From a virus (Duplodnaviria; Caudoviricetes), in the IMG/VR virus record IMGVR_UViG_3300033067_000415, positions 1 to 39,314 of that record: 39,314 nt of DNA. One strand, 5' to 3'. This document shows, piece after piece, positions 6,808 through 14,685 of this stretch. The notes beneath the pieces were generated by a model. It searched no databases. It was not told the DNA's origin and saw nothing but the letters and a program-made list of their open reading frames with translations. A program made the translations under genes and the position numbers. Position 1 is the stretch's first letter. Each line of letters opens with the position of its first letter.

Positions 6808-7246
6808 CGAGGAGTTCCTCCAGTCTGAGTCCGGTCACGCGCCGCGCGACGGGATTGTTGTACTCTCGGCACAGGCCGCTGGGATGCGGCAGACTGCACC
6901 ACTCGTAACCCGCGCGCGAGCACCAAAGCGCCGCGCTCGAGGGCCGCTGCAAATTAAGCACCCCAAGCACCGCCCCACCCAACAAGACCACTCGACGGCC
7001 TTCCCAGCCGCTCTCGAGGGCCTCGTACTTGCGGCGGGCGGCAATGGGGTCCCATATGCGGCTGTCGCACAGGTTTACGAACTCCAGCGAGCGGCGGAAC
7101 TCGGACCGCGAGACGCCGCAGACCTCGCTCACCATGCGCCAGAGATTCCAGCCCGCGCTGCCCCTCGGGTACGGAAGAAGTGCCGCCCTCGGGTCCTCCG
7201 AGAGCGGGTTGTTCATTCCGACTACGACCGCCCGCGTATCAGGCAT
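6800..7246 (-). CDS. Uracil-DNA glycosylase superfamily-like protein
   Basis: Motif A-like VVVGMNNP, GSAG..LW.M, VNL, VVLLG..V, and motif B LPHPSG...YN. Confidence 0.7.
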   Translation of the reverse strand: MPDTRAVVVGMNNPLSEDPRAALLPYPRGSAGWNLWRMVSEVCGVSRSEFRRSLEFVNLCDSRIWDPIAARRKYEALESGWEGRRVVLLGGAVLGVLNLQRPSSAALWCSRAGYEWCSLPHPSGLCREYNNPVARRVTGLRLEELLGD

Positions 7247-8396
7247 CTGCGGGTGCTCCGACCACGGCGGACACCAGCTTGTTCAGCAGGAAGGTCTGCA
7301 TCGCCCGCGTACAGTCGTCGAGCTTGTGGCGCTTGTGGAGCCACTCCTCGTAGAGCGTGACTGCGGCATAGCGGTCGCCCTGACGCAGCGCCTCGCGGCA
7401 CACGAAGATCTGGTCGCGCTCCCTGTGGTACAGACCCATCACGTTCGGGCCGAGCGTCTCGGTGACCTGCACCTCGTACAAGTCGAGGTCGCACTCCATG
7501 TACTCCAGAATGGCGAATGCCTCGCGCAGCACGTTGGACTCGTCCGGGGTCGGGGTGTGCTCGGGCCAGCAGCCGTCGCGCTGGTCACCGCTCTCCACCA
7601 TGCGACGGACGTTGTCGGAGACGTTCGCGTCGTTGCGGAAGCGCCGCGCCACGTTCATGAAGACCTCGGACGGTGCGGCACAGTACGTGAAGTTGAGGTT
7701 CTGGTCCCACGTGTCGGAGCCGCTGATCAGCGCGTGTGCGATGCGCTCGCTCTTGGTGGTGGGAATCTTGGTCTCGAGCAGGTACTCCAGCGCCCACATG
7801 CTCTTGAGAGTGCGGTCCTCGGTCAACTCGAGGTTGGCGGTCACGTTGTAGGTGAAGCAGCACTTCTCGGGCAGCTGAGCCACCCGCACCCCGCGATAGT
7901 ACACGAACGAGCTCGGCTGCGGGTGAATCTCGACACCGTCCAGAACCTCCAGCGGCTTGCTCTGCAGGAAGATCTCACCGCGCACCGAGTAGACGCGCTC
8001 GACCTCTGGACCCTGGACCACGAACACGGTGTCGTCGGTGGTGGGCTTGTCGGTAATGACGCCACTCTCGTCGAGCGTGTTGGAGTGCAGCTCGCGATAC
8101 GCCTGCCACACCTCCCAGTTCTTACCGAGGTCGGTGGTGAACGGAAGCGGCTCGTCGTTCATAAAGACCTGCCGGAAGGTCCGGCCGCGCACCTCGACGT
8201 CGCGAGTCGTGAAGGTGTAGGTCGTCCCGCCCGTAAAGAGCGAGATGTAGTGTCCGGTGCGGAGCAGCGTCGCGATTGCGAACTTGAGGCCCGTGCCGAA
8301 GTAGCCGATGGGCGTATCCGTCTCCTTGACGCTTACGCCCATGACCCGAATAACGGAGAGGTCGATGTGACCCCTGTTGGCGAAGTAGACTGGCAT
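7239..8396 (-). CDS. GHKL-type ATPase with a C-terminal zincin-like region
   Basis: F.N.G, MG.S.K and IGYFGTGLK (G boxes); RELHSNTLDE (N box); C-terminal MGLY.....IF...TLYEEWLH. AGGAG RBS. Confidence 0.7.
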   Translation of the reverse strand: MPVYFANRGHIDLSVIRVMGVSVKETDTPIGYFGTGLKFAIATLLRTGHYISLFTGGTTYTFTTRDVEVRGRTFRQVFMNDEPLPFTTDLGKNWEVWQAYRELHSNTLDESGVITDKPTTDDTVFVVQGPEVERVYSVRGEIFLQSKPLEVLDGVEIHPQPSSFVYYRGVRVAQLPEKCCFTYNVTANLELTEDRTLKSMWALEYLLETKIPTTKSERIAHALISGSDTWDQNLNFTYCAAPSEVFMNVARRFRNDANVSDNVRRMVESGDQRDGCWPEHTPTPDESNVLREAFAILEYMECDLDLYEVQVTETLGPNVMGLYHRERDQIFVCREALRQGDRYAAVTLYEEWLHKRHKLDDCTRAMQTFLLNKLVSAVVGAPADA

Positions 8397-8426
8397 GTGG
8401 ATGGTCTCCTGTGTTGCTGTAAGCCT

Positions 8427-8456
8427 ACCATAGCGTAGGAACAGCCCCGTGGACCA
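8427..8456 (-). promoter_or_regulatory. Putative promoter for the GHKL gene block
   Basis: TGGTCC-N18-TATGGT with GTTC-cta-CGC before the -10; followed by GCAACAC-AGGAG. Confidence 0.6.
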
Positions 8457-8460
8457 GCCG

Positions 8461-8910
8461 TCACCGCGCCGACTGCGGTCCTCGCTCCTGATTCTGGTAC
8501 TTGCCGACGTAGGGCGAGTCGGTCTCTCGGTCCAGCGCGTGGAACAGGATCTGGGCCACGGGCGTCCCCTCCGGAAGAGTCAGTACCTCGCGCTGATGGT
8601 TCGTCAGCTCGAGTGTCAGGTATCCGCACCATCCTGGCTCGATGACCGTATTCTGAACGGCGAGTCCCCTCCGCGCCCACGTGGACTTGTCGTGAACGAT
8701 ACCGACAACGTCCTTCGGCATCATGAAGTACTCGAGCGTCGAGGCCAGTACGAAGTCGCCCGGAAGGAGTACGACACCCTGATCAAGACGAACGTCGTAC
8801 CCGCAGGCACTCACGCCGAAGGTGGTTCCGGTCGGCTCGTGCAGAGTCCGCTCGACGAACGGGGAGACGGGCTTGATGTAGCGCAGAGTCTGCGCGCTGA
8901 GGACGGTCAC
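8461..8910 (-). CDS. dcd: dCTP deaminase
   Basis: GTG start (MTVLSAQT, GTGA overlap). Motifs GYDVRL, LASTLEYF.MP, DKSTWARRGL, IEPGW.G.LTLEL.N, AQI.F, Y.GKYQNQ. Confidence 0.92.
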   Translation of the reverse strand: MTVLSAQTLRYIKPVSPFVERTLHEPTGTTFGVSACGYDVRLDQGVVLLPGDFVLASTLEYFMMPKDVVGIVHDKSTWARRGLAVQNTVIEPGWCGYLTLELTNHQREVLTLPEGTPVAQILFHALDRETDSPYVGKYQNQERGPQSAR

Positions 8911-9197
8911 AGTCTGCTCTCCCGCATTGTCCGACGGAACTCTTCTCGGTCTCCGTGCCGAATCTTGCCACCAGCTACGATCTGCCACTTGTTCGCGCTC
9001 GGCCAGTACTGAGCCACGGCCCTCACGTTGCGATACACGTTCCAGTGACGCTCCGACATGATGCGGATGGTATATCCTCCCGCCTCCGCAGCCTCGACGA
9101 ACTGCTGCCACTCCGACTGAGCAGCCTCCAGCGCGTCGAGCCTAGACTCTCTGCGGTGATCCTTCATCGCCTTGAACAGATCGATCATGTCACCCAT
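8907..9197 (-). CDS. Hypothetical phage protein
   Basis: 96-aa ORF (MGDMIDLF...YWPS..KW) overlapping both neighbours. Confidence 0.7.
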   Translation of the reverse strand: MGDMIDLFKAMKDHRRESRLDALEAAQSEWQQFVEAAEAGGYTIRIMSERHWNVYRNVRAVAQYWPSANKWQIVAGGKIRHGDREEFRRTMRESRL

Positions 9198-10068
9198 GCG
9201 GATAGACTCCGCGCGGCCTGCCCTGTCCCAGACGAGCTCGCTCGTACTTGTCGAACTCGCAGAGGGTGTGCTCGACGTCGCGCATCTCCAGAGCGGGCCA
9301 GTAGGCGGGCCAGAGGTCGGGGTTGCGGGAGGTGTCGAGTACTGCTCGCATCTCGCAGACGAACAGGTGCTTCTTCTGCTTGCTGTCGAGAGGGCGACCG
9401 TAGAGTCGGTTCAGGCCGCGCATCGCTCCGGGACCGGGATTGGCCCACGACATGATGTCGGTCGCGTCGCGCAGAAGACAGGTCCAGCGCAGGTCGGTCA
9501 CGAACTCGTAGCTGGTGAAGTCGGCGATGTGATTCACCTTGCGGAACTGATCCCACGCATGCTCCAGAGTCCGAACGCGGCGAATCTCATCGAGGAACTC
9601 GTCTCGACGGTTCCAGACCCACTGAATCATCTGCAGAACGCCAGTCAGCTTATCCATCCCGTTGGGGCTGTTGATGATGTACGCTCCGGTGCAATACGGA
9701 CCCTTTCCGCAGAACGAGCGGATGGACGGTGCCATGCGGAACGCATCTCCGGACGTGATGAAGTCCTCGAAGGGCGTCAGGCCGTTGATAATCTTCTGGC
9801 AGAAGATGGCCTCTCCGGTGGTGTTCCGATTGAATAGACGGAAAACCACGGTCGCCATCATCGTGCGCAGATCGTCGTGATCGTATCTGTGGCGAGCGTT
9901 TCTGGCGAACCAGAGAGTCACGTTATCAAGCTCGCGATACACGTTCGTGAAGCGGAACTTGTGAAGGATCGGATCGTCGGTCCACGGTGCGGGGAGCTTC
10001 TGCTCAACCCGACGCAGATAGATCTTGTGACGCTCCTTGGCAAAGTCGAAGAATGGTCTCGGGTCCAT
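9190..10068 (-). CDS. aGPT-Pplase1 / 5-hmdU DNA kinase helical-domain family protein (HhH-glycosylase-like fold)
   Basis: Start re-called to MDPRPFFDF. Hallmarks F..ERH.IY.RR....PAPWTDDPIL...RFTNVYRELD, FRLFN, TGAYI, F.SYE...DL, NPGPGA.RGL, EH.LCEFDKY.R. Confidence 0.88.
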   Translation of the reverse strand: MDPRPFFDFAKERHKIYLRRVEQKLPAPWTDDPILHKFRFTNVYRELDNVTLWFARNARHRYDHDDLRTMMATVVFRLFNRNTTGEAIFCQKIINGLTPFEDFITSGDAFRMAPSIRSFCGKGPYCTGAYIINSPNGMDKLTGVLQMIQWVWNRRDEFLDEIRRVRTLEHAWDQFRKVNHIADFTSYEFVTDLRWTCLLRDATDIMSWANPGPGAMRGLNRLYGRPLDSKQKKHLFVCEMRAVLDTSRNPDLWPAYWPALEMRDVEHTLCEFDKYERARLGQGRPRGVYPHG

Positions 10069-10095
10069 CGTCAAACCTCGTCTCGTGTTATGAAT

Positions 10096-10123
10096 GGTCC
10101 CCGTGCCTCTCGACACGGGGACC
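10096..10123. other. Perfect 10-bp inverted repeat in the leader of the aGPT-Pplase1 gene
   Basis: GGTCCCCGTG-cctctcga-CACGGGGACC. Confidence 0.75.
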
Positions 10124-10171
10124 GCCTCCAGCAACAGAGGGTTTGCGCGGCGACCAAACCAGCGCACTTGA

Positions 10172-10201
10172 AACATAGCGCCGGAACAGTGTATCGCGCA
10201 A
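10172..10201 (-). promoter_or_regulatory. Putative promoter
   Basis: TTGCGC-N18-TATGTT with GTTC-cgg-CGC before the -10. Confidence 0.65.
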
Positions 10202-10209
10202 GCCCCAAT

Positions 10210-10926
10210 TTACTCGGAGATTTCGATGAAGCCCTTGCGGACGTCCCAAGCGATGTCCTCGGTCTTCACGCCCTTCTCGATGGACGCGCCGATGGTCATG
10301 CCATCTTCGTACAGCGCGAAGCGATCGTGCGACGCCGAGCCAGCCCGCTTCGGGTTGTTCGTCGGGCCGTACTGGACGCCCTCGGCGTTCAGCAGCAGAC
10401 GGATCTTGTGTTCGCGATTGTAGCGCTCGGCCTTCGGCTCCTTCGGAGCGGCGGTCTCGCCCTCGGCCTTCGCGGCCTTTGCCTTCTTCGCCTTCGGAGC
10501 TTCGGTCGCTTCGGTGGCGGCTTCGGTGGTCGGGGTGGTAGCTTCCATCTCTCTTGACTCCTTTATCGAGAGTTTGCGATCGCGAACGATCAGTTGAACG
10601 AGCTCTGCGGGGTCCGTCGGTGCAGGTCGTGCCTTCTCTGCGAGTGCGACCCAGACGTGCTGAGCATACTCGTCAACGCGACGAATGCGCTGAGAGTGGG
10701 TCGGTGCGCCCATGCAGGTTTGGATCGTATCAGCCAGATCTCCTCTGCCGATCCGACGCAGGATGCGCGGAATCTCAGCGAGAGTCAGTCTTGACGTGAT
10801 CTTCTTAGGTCCGTCGATGATGCGGTCACCGTACTGAACCAGCGGATGACTGTCTGCGTCCGAGAAGTTACCGAACGCCCACAGTTCTCCGCGCCCATCG
10901 CGAGTGATTGCCACACATCCTGTCAC
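10210..10926 (-). CDS. Hypothetical protein with an Ala/Lys/Glu/Thr-rich linker and a small C-terminal NPKR-type domain
   Basis: The track's TTG start at 10983 coincides with a -35 box; the GTG at 10926 has a GGGGA RBS. C-terminus NPKRAGS.S..RF..Y..GMT......G....D..WD...GFI. Confidence 0.65.
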   Translation of the reverse strand: MTGCVAITRDGRGELWAFGNFSDADSHPLVQYGDRIIDGPKKITSRLTLAEIPRILRRIGRGDLADTIQTCMGAPTHSQRIRRVDEYAQHVWVALAEKARPAPTDPAELVQLIVRDRKLSIKESREMEATTPTTEAATEATEAPKAKKAKAAKAEGETAAPKEPKAERYNREHKIRLLLNAEGVQYGPTNNPKRAGSASHDRFALYEDGMTIGASIEKGVKTEDIAWDVRKGFIEISE

Positions 10927-10954
10927 TGTTGGTCCCCGTGTTGCCAGTATTTGA

Positions 10955-10983
10955 ACAATAGCGGCTGAATTTCGTACGCGCAA
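10955..10983 (-). promoter_or_regulatory. Putative promoter
   Basis: TTGCGC-N17-TATTGT with ATTC-agc-CGC before the -10; followed by GCAACAC-GGGGA. Confidence 0.7.
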
Positions 10984-10990
10984 GTAGAAA

Positions 10991-12490
10991 CTACAACCGA
11001 TAGTAGAGCTTTCCCTCCGGAGCGACGATACTGAGCTTCTGCTTGGCCCTCGTGGCTGCGACGTACCAGACCCGCGCCTCGTCCTCTGGATTCTGCTCGA
11101 ACTCTCTGTGAGTGCGTGCGGCCATGTCTGTCAGGAGTACGACGTGGGTCGCCTCGCCGCCCTTGGAGCCGTGGATGGTGCTGAGTCTGACCCGAGGCTC
11201 GGAGCTGATCTTCTCGCCCTTGCGGAGCGCCTTGAGCATGTACGCTGCCTCGCGAGAGTCGATGCGATCGAGCGCGACGTGCCATATCTCGTCCCGAAGG
11301 AGACCTCCGTGCTCCCTGAGCCAGCGCATACTGACCTCGAGGTCCGGAGCGATGCCGGGAAGCTTCTTGAAGCCACGCTTGACGCCCGTCCCCGTACTCA
11401 TCATCTCGTACACCGTGACGGCCTCCTGCGCCGTGATGTACTCTCCCTTGCGAAGACGCTCCCACAGACGGATGGCGTCCAGCGTGCCGCGCCGCACCGA
11501 CGATCTGCCCTGCACCTCGTACAGAACGCCCTCCTGCTGTAGCAGAGGCTCGGCGTCCCGCAGACTGTATCCGTTGCGAGCCAGAATCAGCACGTCCTCT
11601 GACCAGAGGTCCACCTCCTCCAGATTCATGGGACGAAGAATCTGACCATCGCCCTCTCGCGGCATCCACGCCTTCGGTCGGCGATGCTTGACTCGACCTA
11701 TTACCTCCTCGGCTATCGTCTGCACGTCGATGGGAACGCGCCACGACTTCTCGAGGACCCTGACTCGTCCGGGCATGTCCACGAAGTACTCCACGGCTGC
11801 TCCGGCCCATCGGTAGATGGCTTGGTCGTCGTCCCCCGCCACCACCACCCGCCGAGCGTTCATCGCGAGCTTGTCGACCACGCGCCACTGGAGCATCGAC
11901 AAGTCCTGCGACTCGTCCACGAACAGAACCTCCAGAGGAGGAGCCCAAGAGTTGTCGACGAACATCTGGAGCATGTCGGTGTAGTCGACGAGGTACCTGT
12001 CCTTCTTGAACTGAGCCATGCCGCGACTGAGTCTGTCGACGAAGGACCAGCTCAGGTCGTCGCAGTTCTCGTCGTAAGCCGCGCGGAGCGGGAGGCAGCG
12101 CACTCGCGCTAGATTCTCCATGAACAGAGCTCGGTCGCCTGCGGTAAAGCCGAACAGGGTCGTGTCGTCCATGCGGCGATTGACAGTGAGCTCGGTGCCG
12201 ATCCAGTCCCCGAACTCCAGCATCTTCTTGCCCTCGAAGACGTCGGAGTTACTGAGTCCGAGCGCCCGAAAGCACATGGAGTGGAGCGTGCGGAAGTACG
12301 GAAGGTCTCTCGCCTCGAGGCTGAACTTCTTGCAGGCTCGCTCGACGGCCTCGTGCGCGGCCCGCTTGGTGAAGCTGACGTAGCCGATTCGGTCCGGAGG
12401 AACGCCCCTCGAGAGCTCCTCGTCCACCAGATTGAGGAGCGTCGTGGTCTTGCCAGTTCCGGGCGGTCCTAGGATGATCTCAGGTGTCAT
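10991..12490 (-). CDS. UvrD/Rep-like SF1 helicase
   Basis: Start MTPEIILGPPGTGKTT (Walker A); SFTKRAA, VDESQD, GDDDQAIYRWAGA, STIHGSKGGEA, YVAATRAK. Confidence 0.93.
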   Translation of the reverse strand: MTPEIILGPPGTGKTTTLLNLVDEELSRGVPPDRIGYVSFTKRAAHEAVERACKKFSLEARDLPYFRTLHSMCFRALGLSNSDVFEGKKMLEFGDWIGTELTVNRRMDDTTLFGFTAGDRALFMENLARVRCLPLRAAYDENCDDLSWSFVDRLSRGMAQFKKDRYLVDYTDMLQMFVDNSWAPPLEVLFVDESQDLSMLQWRVVDKLAMNARRVVVAGDDDQAIYRWAGAAVEYFVDMPGRVRVLEKSWRVPIDVQTIAEEVIGRVKHRRPKAWMPREGDGQILRPMNLEEVDLWSEDVLILARNGYSLRDAEPLLQQEGVLYEVQGRSSVRRGTLDAIRLWERLRKGEYITAQEAVTVYEMMSTGTGVKRGFKKLPGIAPDLEVSMRWLREHGGLLRDEIWHVALDRIDSREAAYMLKALRKGEKISSEPRVRLSTIHGSKGGEATHVVLLTDMAARTHREFEQNPEDEARVWYVAATRAKQKLSIVAPEGKLYYRL

Positions 12491-12795
12491 GCTGCAAATG
12501 CCTCCTCGATTGACTGGATCAGTCCCGCCTCGCGCAGAAGCTCGATCACGAGCTCTCCGGCCCGCGTCAGCTCGTACCGTCCGGGCCACTCTGGGTTCGG
12601 TGCGTGGACGAGACCGCGGTCCTCGAGCCGACGACCCGTGTCGACCGACGTATCGCGCAGACCCACCAGCCGCAGGGACTGGACTCCGGTCGCGTGTCGC
12701 TTGTTCGCGACTGAGACGAGCATCACGATCATGCTCTTGGACATCGTCAGGTGGAACGCCACGCTCGTGACGTGATCTGCAAACTTGCTGTTCAT
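12487..12795 (-). CDS. Hypothetical protein, possible winged-helix
   Basis: Start re-called to MNSKFAD (GGAG/GAGG RBS, ATGA overlap). LEDRGLV...YELT.AG resembles a wHTH C-terminus. Confidence 0.6.
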   Translation of the reverse strand: MNSKFADHVTSVAFHLTMSKSMIVMLVSVANKRHATGVQSLRLVGLRDTSVDTGRRLEDRGLVHAPNPEWPGRYELTRAGELVIELLREAGLIQSIEEAFAA

Positions 12796-13163
12796 GGTCG
12801 CCTCTTTCTCCTCTGGTTCTCTCGGTGCGTCACCATCTCGAGATGATCCGGATTGACGCATAGTCTGTTCTTGCACCTGTGGTCGATCTGCTTCTTGCCC
12901 GGAATATACCCGCTGACCAGCGTGTAGACAACACGATGAACGCAGACGGTGTGGCCGTCCAGGCTCATGCGCGGATAGCCGCCGCCCCGTCCATCTCCGG
13001 AGGTCGGACCGAGCCACGTCCAGCATCCGCACTCCTCCGCGCGAGTGCGAGAGAGTATTCGGTCCCATATCGACTGCGGTCTGTCCGACTGGATCAGATC
13101 GGGTCGCGCTTGCTCGCCGGGAGCGGTATCTGCGGGGTCGCCGTGAAGTTGTCCGAGACCCAT
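12792..13163 (-). CDS. HNH endonuclease (start uncertain)
   Basis: CWTW.G....GY......VHRV.Y....G.IP....IDH.C.NR.CVNP.HLE.VT..EN. Confidence 0.85.
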   Translation of the reverse strand: MGLGQLHGDPADTAPGEQARPDLIQSDRPQSIWDRILSRTRAEECGCWTWLGPTSGDGRGGGYPRMSLDGHTVCVHRVVYTLVSGYIPGKKQIDHRCKNRLCVNPDHLEMVTHRENQRRKRRP

Positions 13164-14626
13164 ACCACGTTCACCCCCTTGCTCTTGATGTTGAAGAAGT
13201 GCCTGCCACCGATCTCCTCGGTAATCACCTTGCCGACCGTGTTGCGGCCCCACGACTTGAAGCCCTCCTTCTCCAGGTGCTGCATGAGTGCAGTCAGCTT
13301 GAAGTAGTGCCGACCAGACTCTGGGTCCTGCCAAGGCTTGCCGAGGAATAGGTCCTCCTTGTTCTCTCCGCGATGCCGCGACATGCAGAAGTCCTCGAGC
13401 AGTTCCATGAAGTGACCGCGCACGCTCATCTCAGGCGCTGCCTCCAGGATTATGGCGCTCTCCATCGCGTCTCCAACGATGGTGGCCCACTCGTCGTTCT
13501 TCATGGGCATGTAGAAGACAGTCAGCTGCTCCATGCAGACGAGCTGGAACTCGCGATAGTTCTGGAGCTGACGGGTGTCGAGACTGATGCGCTGCTCCTC
13601 GATGTCGAGGAACCAGATCGGAGGATCGGTGTCCAGCTTCGTGAGGCCAGAGATCTGAGGATACGCGCCGCTGAGACCTACCCCGAACTTGCGCGTCCGA
13701 CACAGACTCGCGTTGCAGTGTCCGCAGAGCGGCTGCTCCTTGCAGGAGTACCGATACTCCTTCTTCTCGATGTTCTTCTGGATCATGATCACCTCCTCGG
13801 ACGTGAGGGGCGGTGTCATGAACATGTGATTGTACTTCTCGAGCATCTCCTTCCACTTGGAGCCGAACTTCTTCTTGCAGAAGATGCCGAGCGCGAACAG
13901 GCCGTTGTTCCGAGTACCCTCCGGGAAGCCCTGCGTGGTCAGGATCTCGAGGCACGGCGGACCGTCGCCCAACGTCTCGTCGACGGGCTTGGTGTCCTTC
14001 CGCTTGCGAGTCTGGAGGGCCGACAGTGGAACCCTCATGCTCTCTGCGCGGTCGAGGAACTCCTCCAGACTGTACGCAGCCATCGTCTTCTTGACGGCGT
14101 ATCTCTCGGTGGAGTCTCCGCCGAGGTACGGCATGTTGAGCCAGTTGCCGAGGTCGCCCTGCTCCTCCAGGACCTTGTTCTGCTTGGGGAATATCTCGCA
14201 GTCGCCCCACCCGAGCTGAGCGGCCAGCTTCCTGACCTCGGCGCGAACGTCCTCGGCGGGGTACGGGGAGTCGAGAAACAGGTAGACGTGAGCTCCGCCC
14301 GACTTGGTGCGACAGACTGTGAGTGGAAGCTTCTGCTCCTCGAGCATCTTGGCTACCGCTGCGAGGTCAATGTCGTACCTGTCGACGTCGATGCAGGCCC
14401 AGAAGCACGATCCGTCGCCAGTGACTGGGATGATGCCGAGAGGACGAGTGCCGCTGAGGTGCTGGTCCCAGACCTCCTCGGTGACAGGAGATCGCACAGT
14501 TCTTGCGCTCTTCTTGATCTCCAGCTTTCCGCCCTTGGCGGCGTTGGAGGCAGTTGCTCCGTGGGTTCCGTGAGCGTCCGGATAGCCCTCAAAGAGACGC
14601 ATCATGCGTCTTGCGTAATCTGTCAT
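13094..14626 (-). CDS. AEP-superfamily primase-polymerase with a PriCT-like region
   Basis: CIDVD, RTKSGGAHVYLF, EIFPKQ and GNWLNMPY motifs; PPCL...EGTRNNGLF. Confidence 0.88.
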   Translation of the reverse strand: MTDYARRMMRLFEGYPDAHGTHGATASNAAKGGKLEIKKSARTVRSPVTEEVWDQHLSGTRPLGIIPVTGDGSCFWACIDVDRYDIDLAAVAKMLEEQKLPLTVCRTKSGGAHVYLFLDSPYPAEDVRAEVRKLAAQLGWGDCEIFPKQNKVLEEQGDLGNWLNMPYLGGDSTERYAVKKTMAAYSLEEFLDRAESMRVPLSALQTRKRKDTKPVDETLGDGPPCLEILTTQGFPEGTRNNGLFALGIFCKKKFGSKWKEMLEKYNHMFMTPPLTSEEVIMIQKNIEKKEYRYSCKEQPLCGHCNASLCRTRKFGVGLSGAYPQISGLTKLDTDPPIWFLDIEEQRISLDTRQLQNYREFQLVCMEQLTVFYMPMKNDEWATIVGDAMESAIILEAAPEMSVRGHFMELLEDFCMSRHRGENKEDLFLGKPWQDPESGRHYFKLTALMQHLEKEGFKSWGRNTVGKVITEEIGGRHFFNIKSKGVNVVWVSDNFTATPQIPLPASKRDPI

Positions 14627-14644
14627 GCTGTCCTCTAAATGAGA

Positions 14645-14672
14645 GACGCCCCCGCAGTCAAGCGGAGGCGTC
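14645..14672 (-). terminator. Hairpin (putative terminator or processing site) between the SSB-like gene and primase
   Basis: GACGCCUCCGC-UUGACU-GCGGGGGCGUC, an 11-bp stem with one G-U pair, followed by a weak U tract (UCUCAUUU). Confidence 0.55.
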
Positions 14673-14685
14673 GTTGCTCAGGCTA

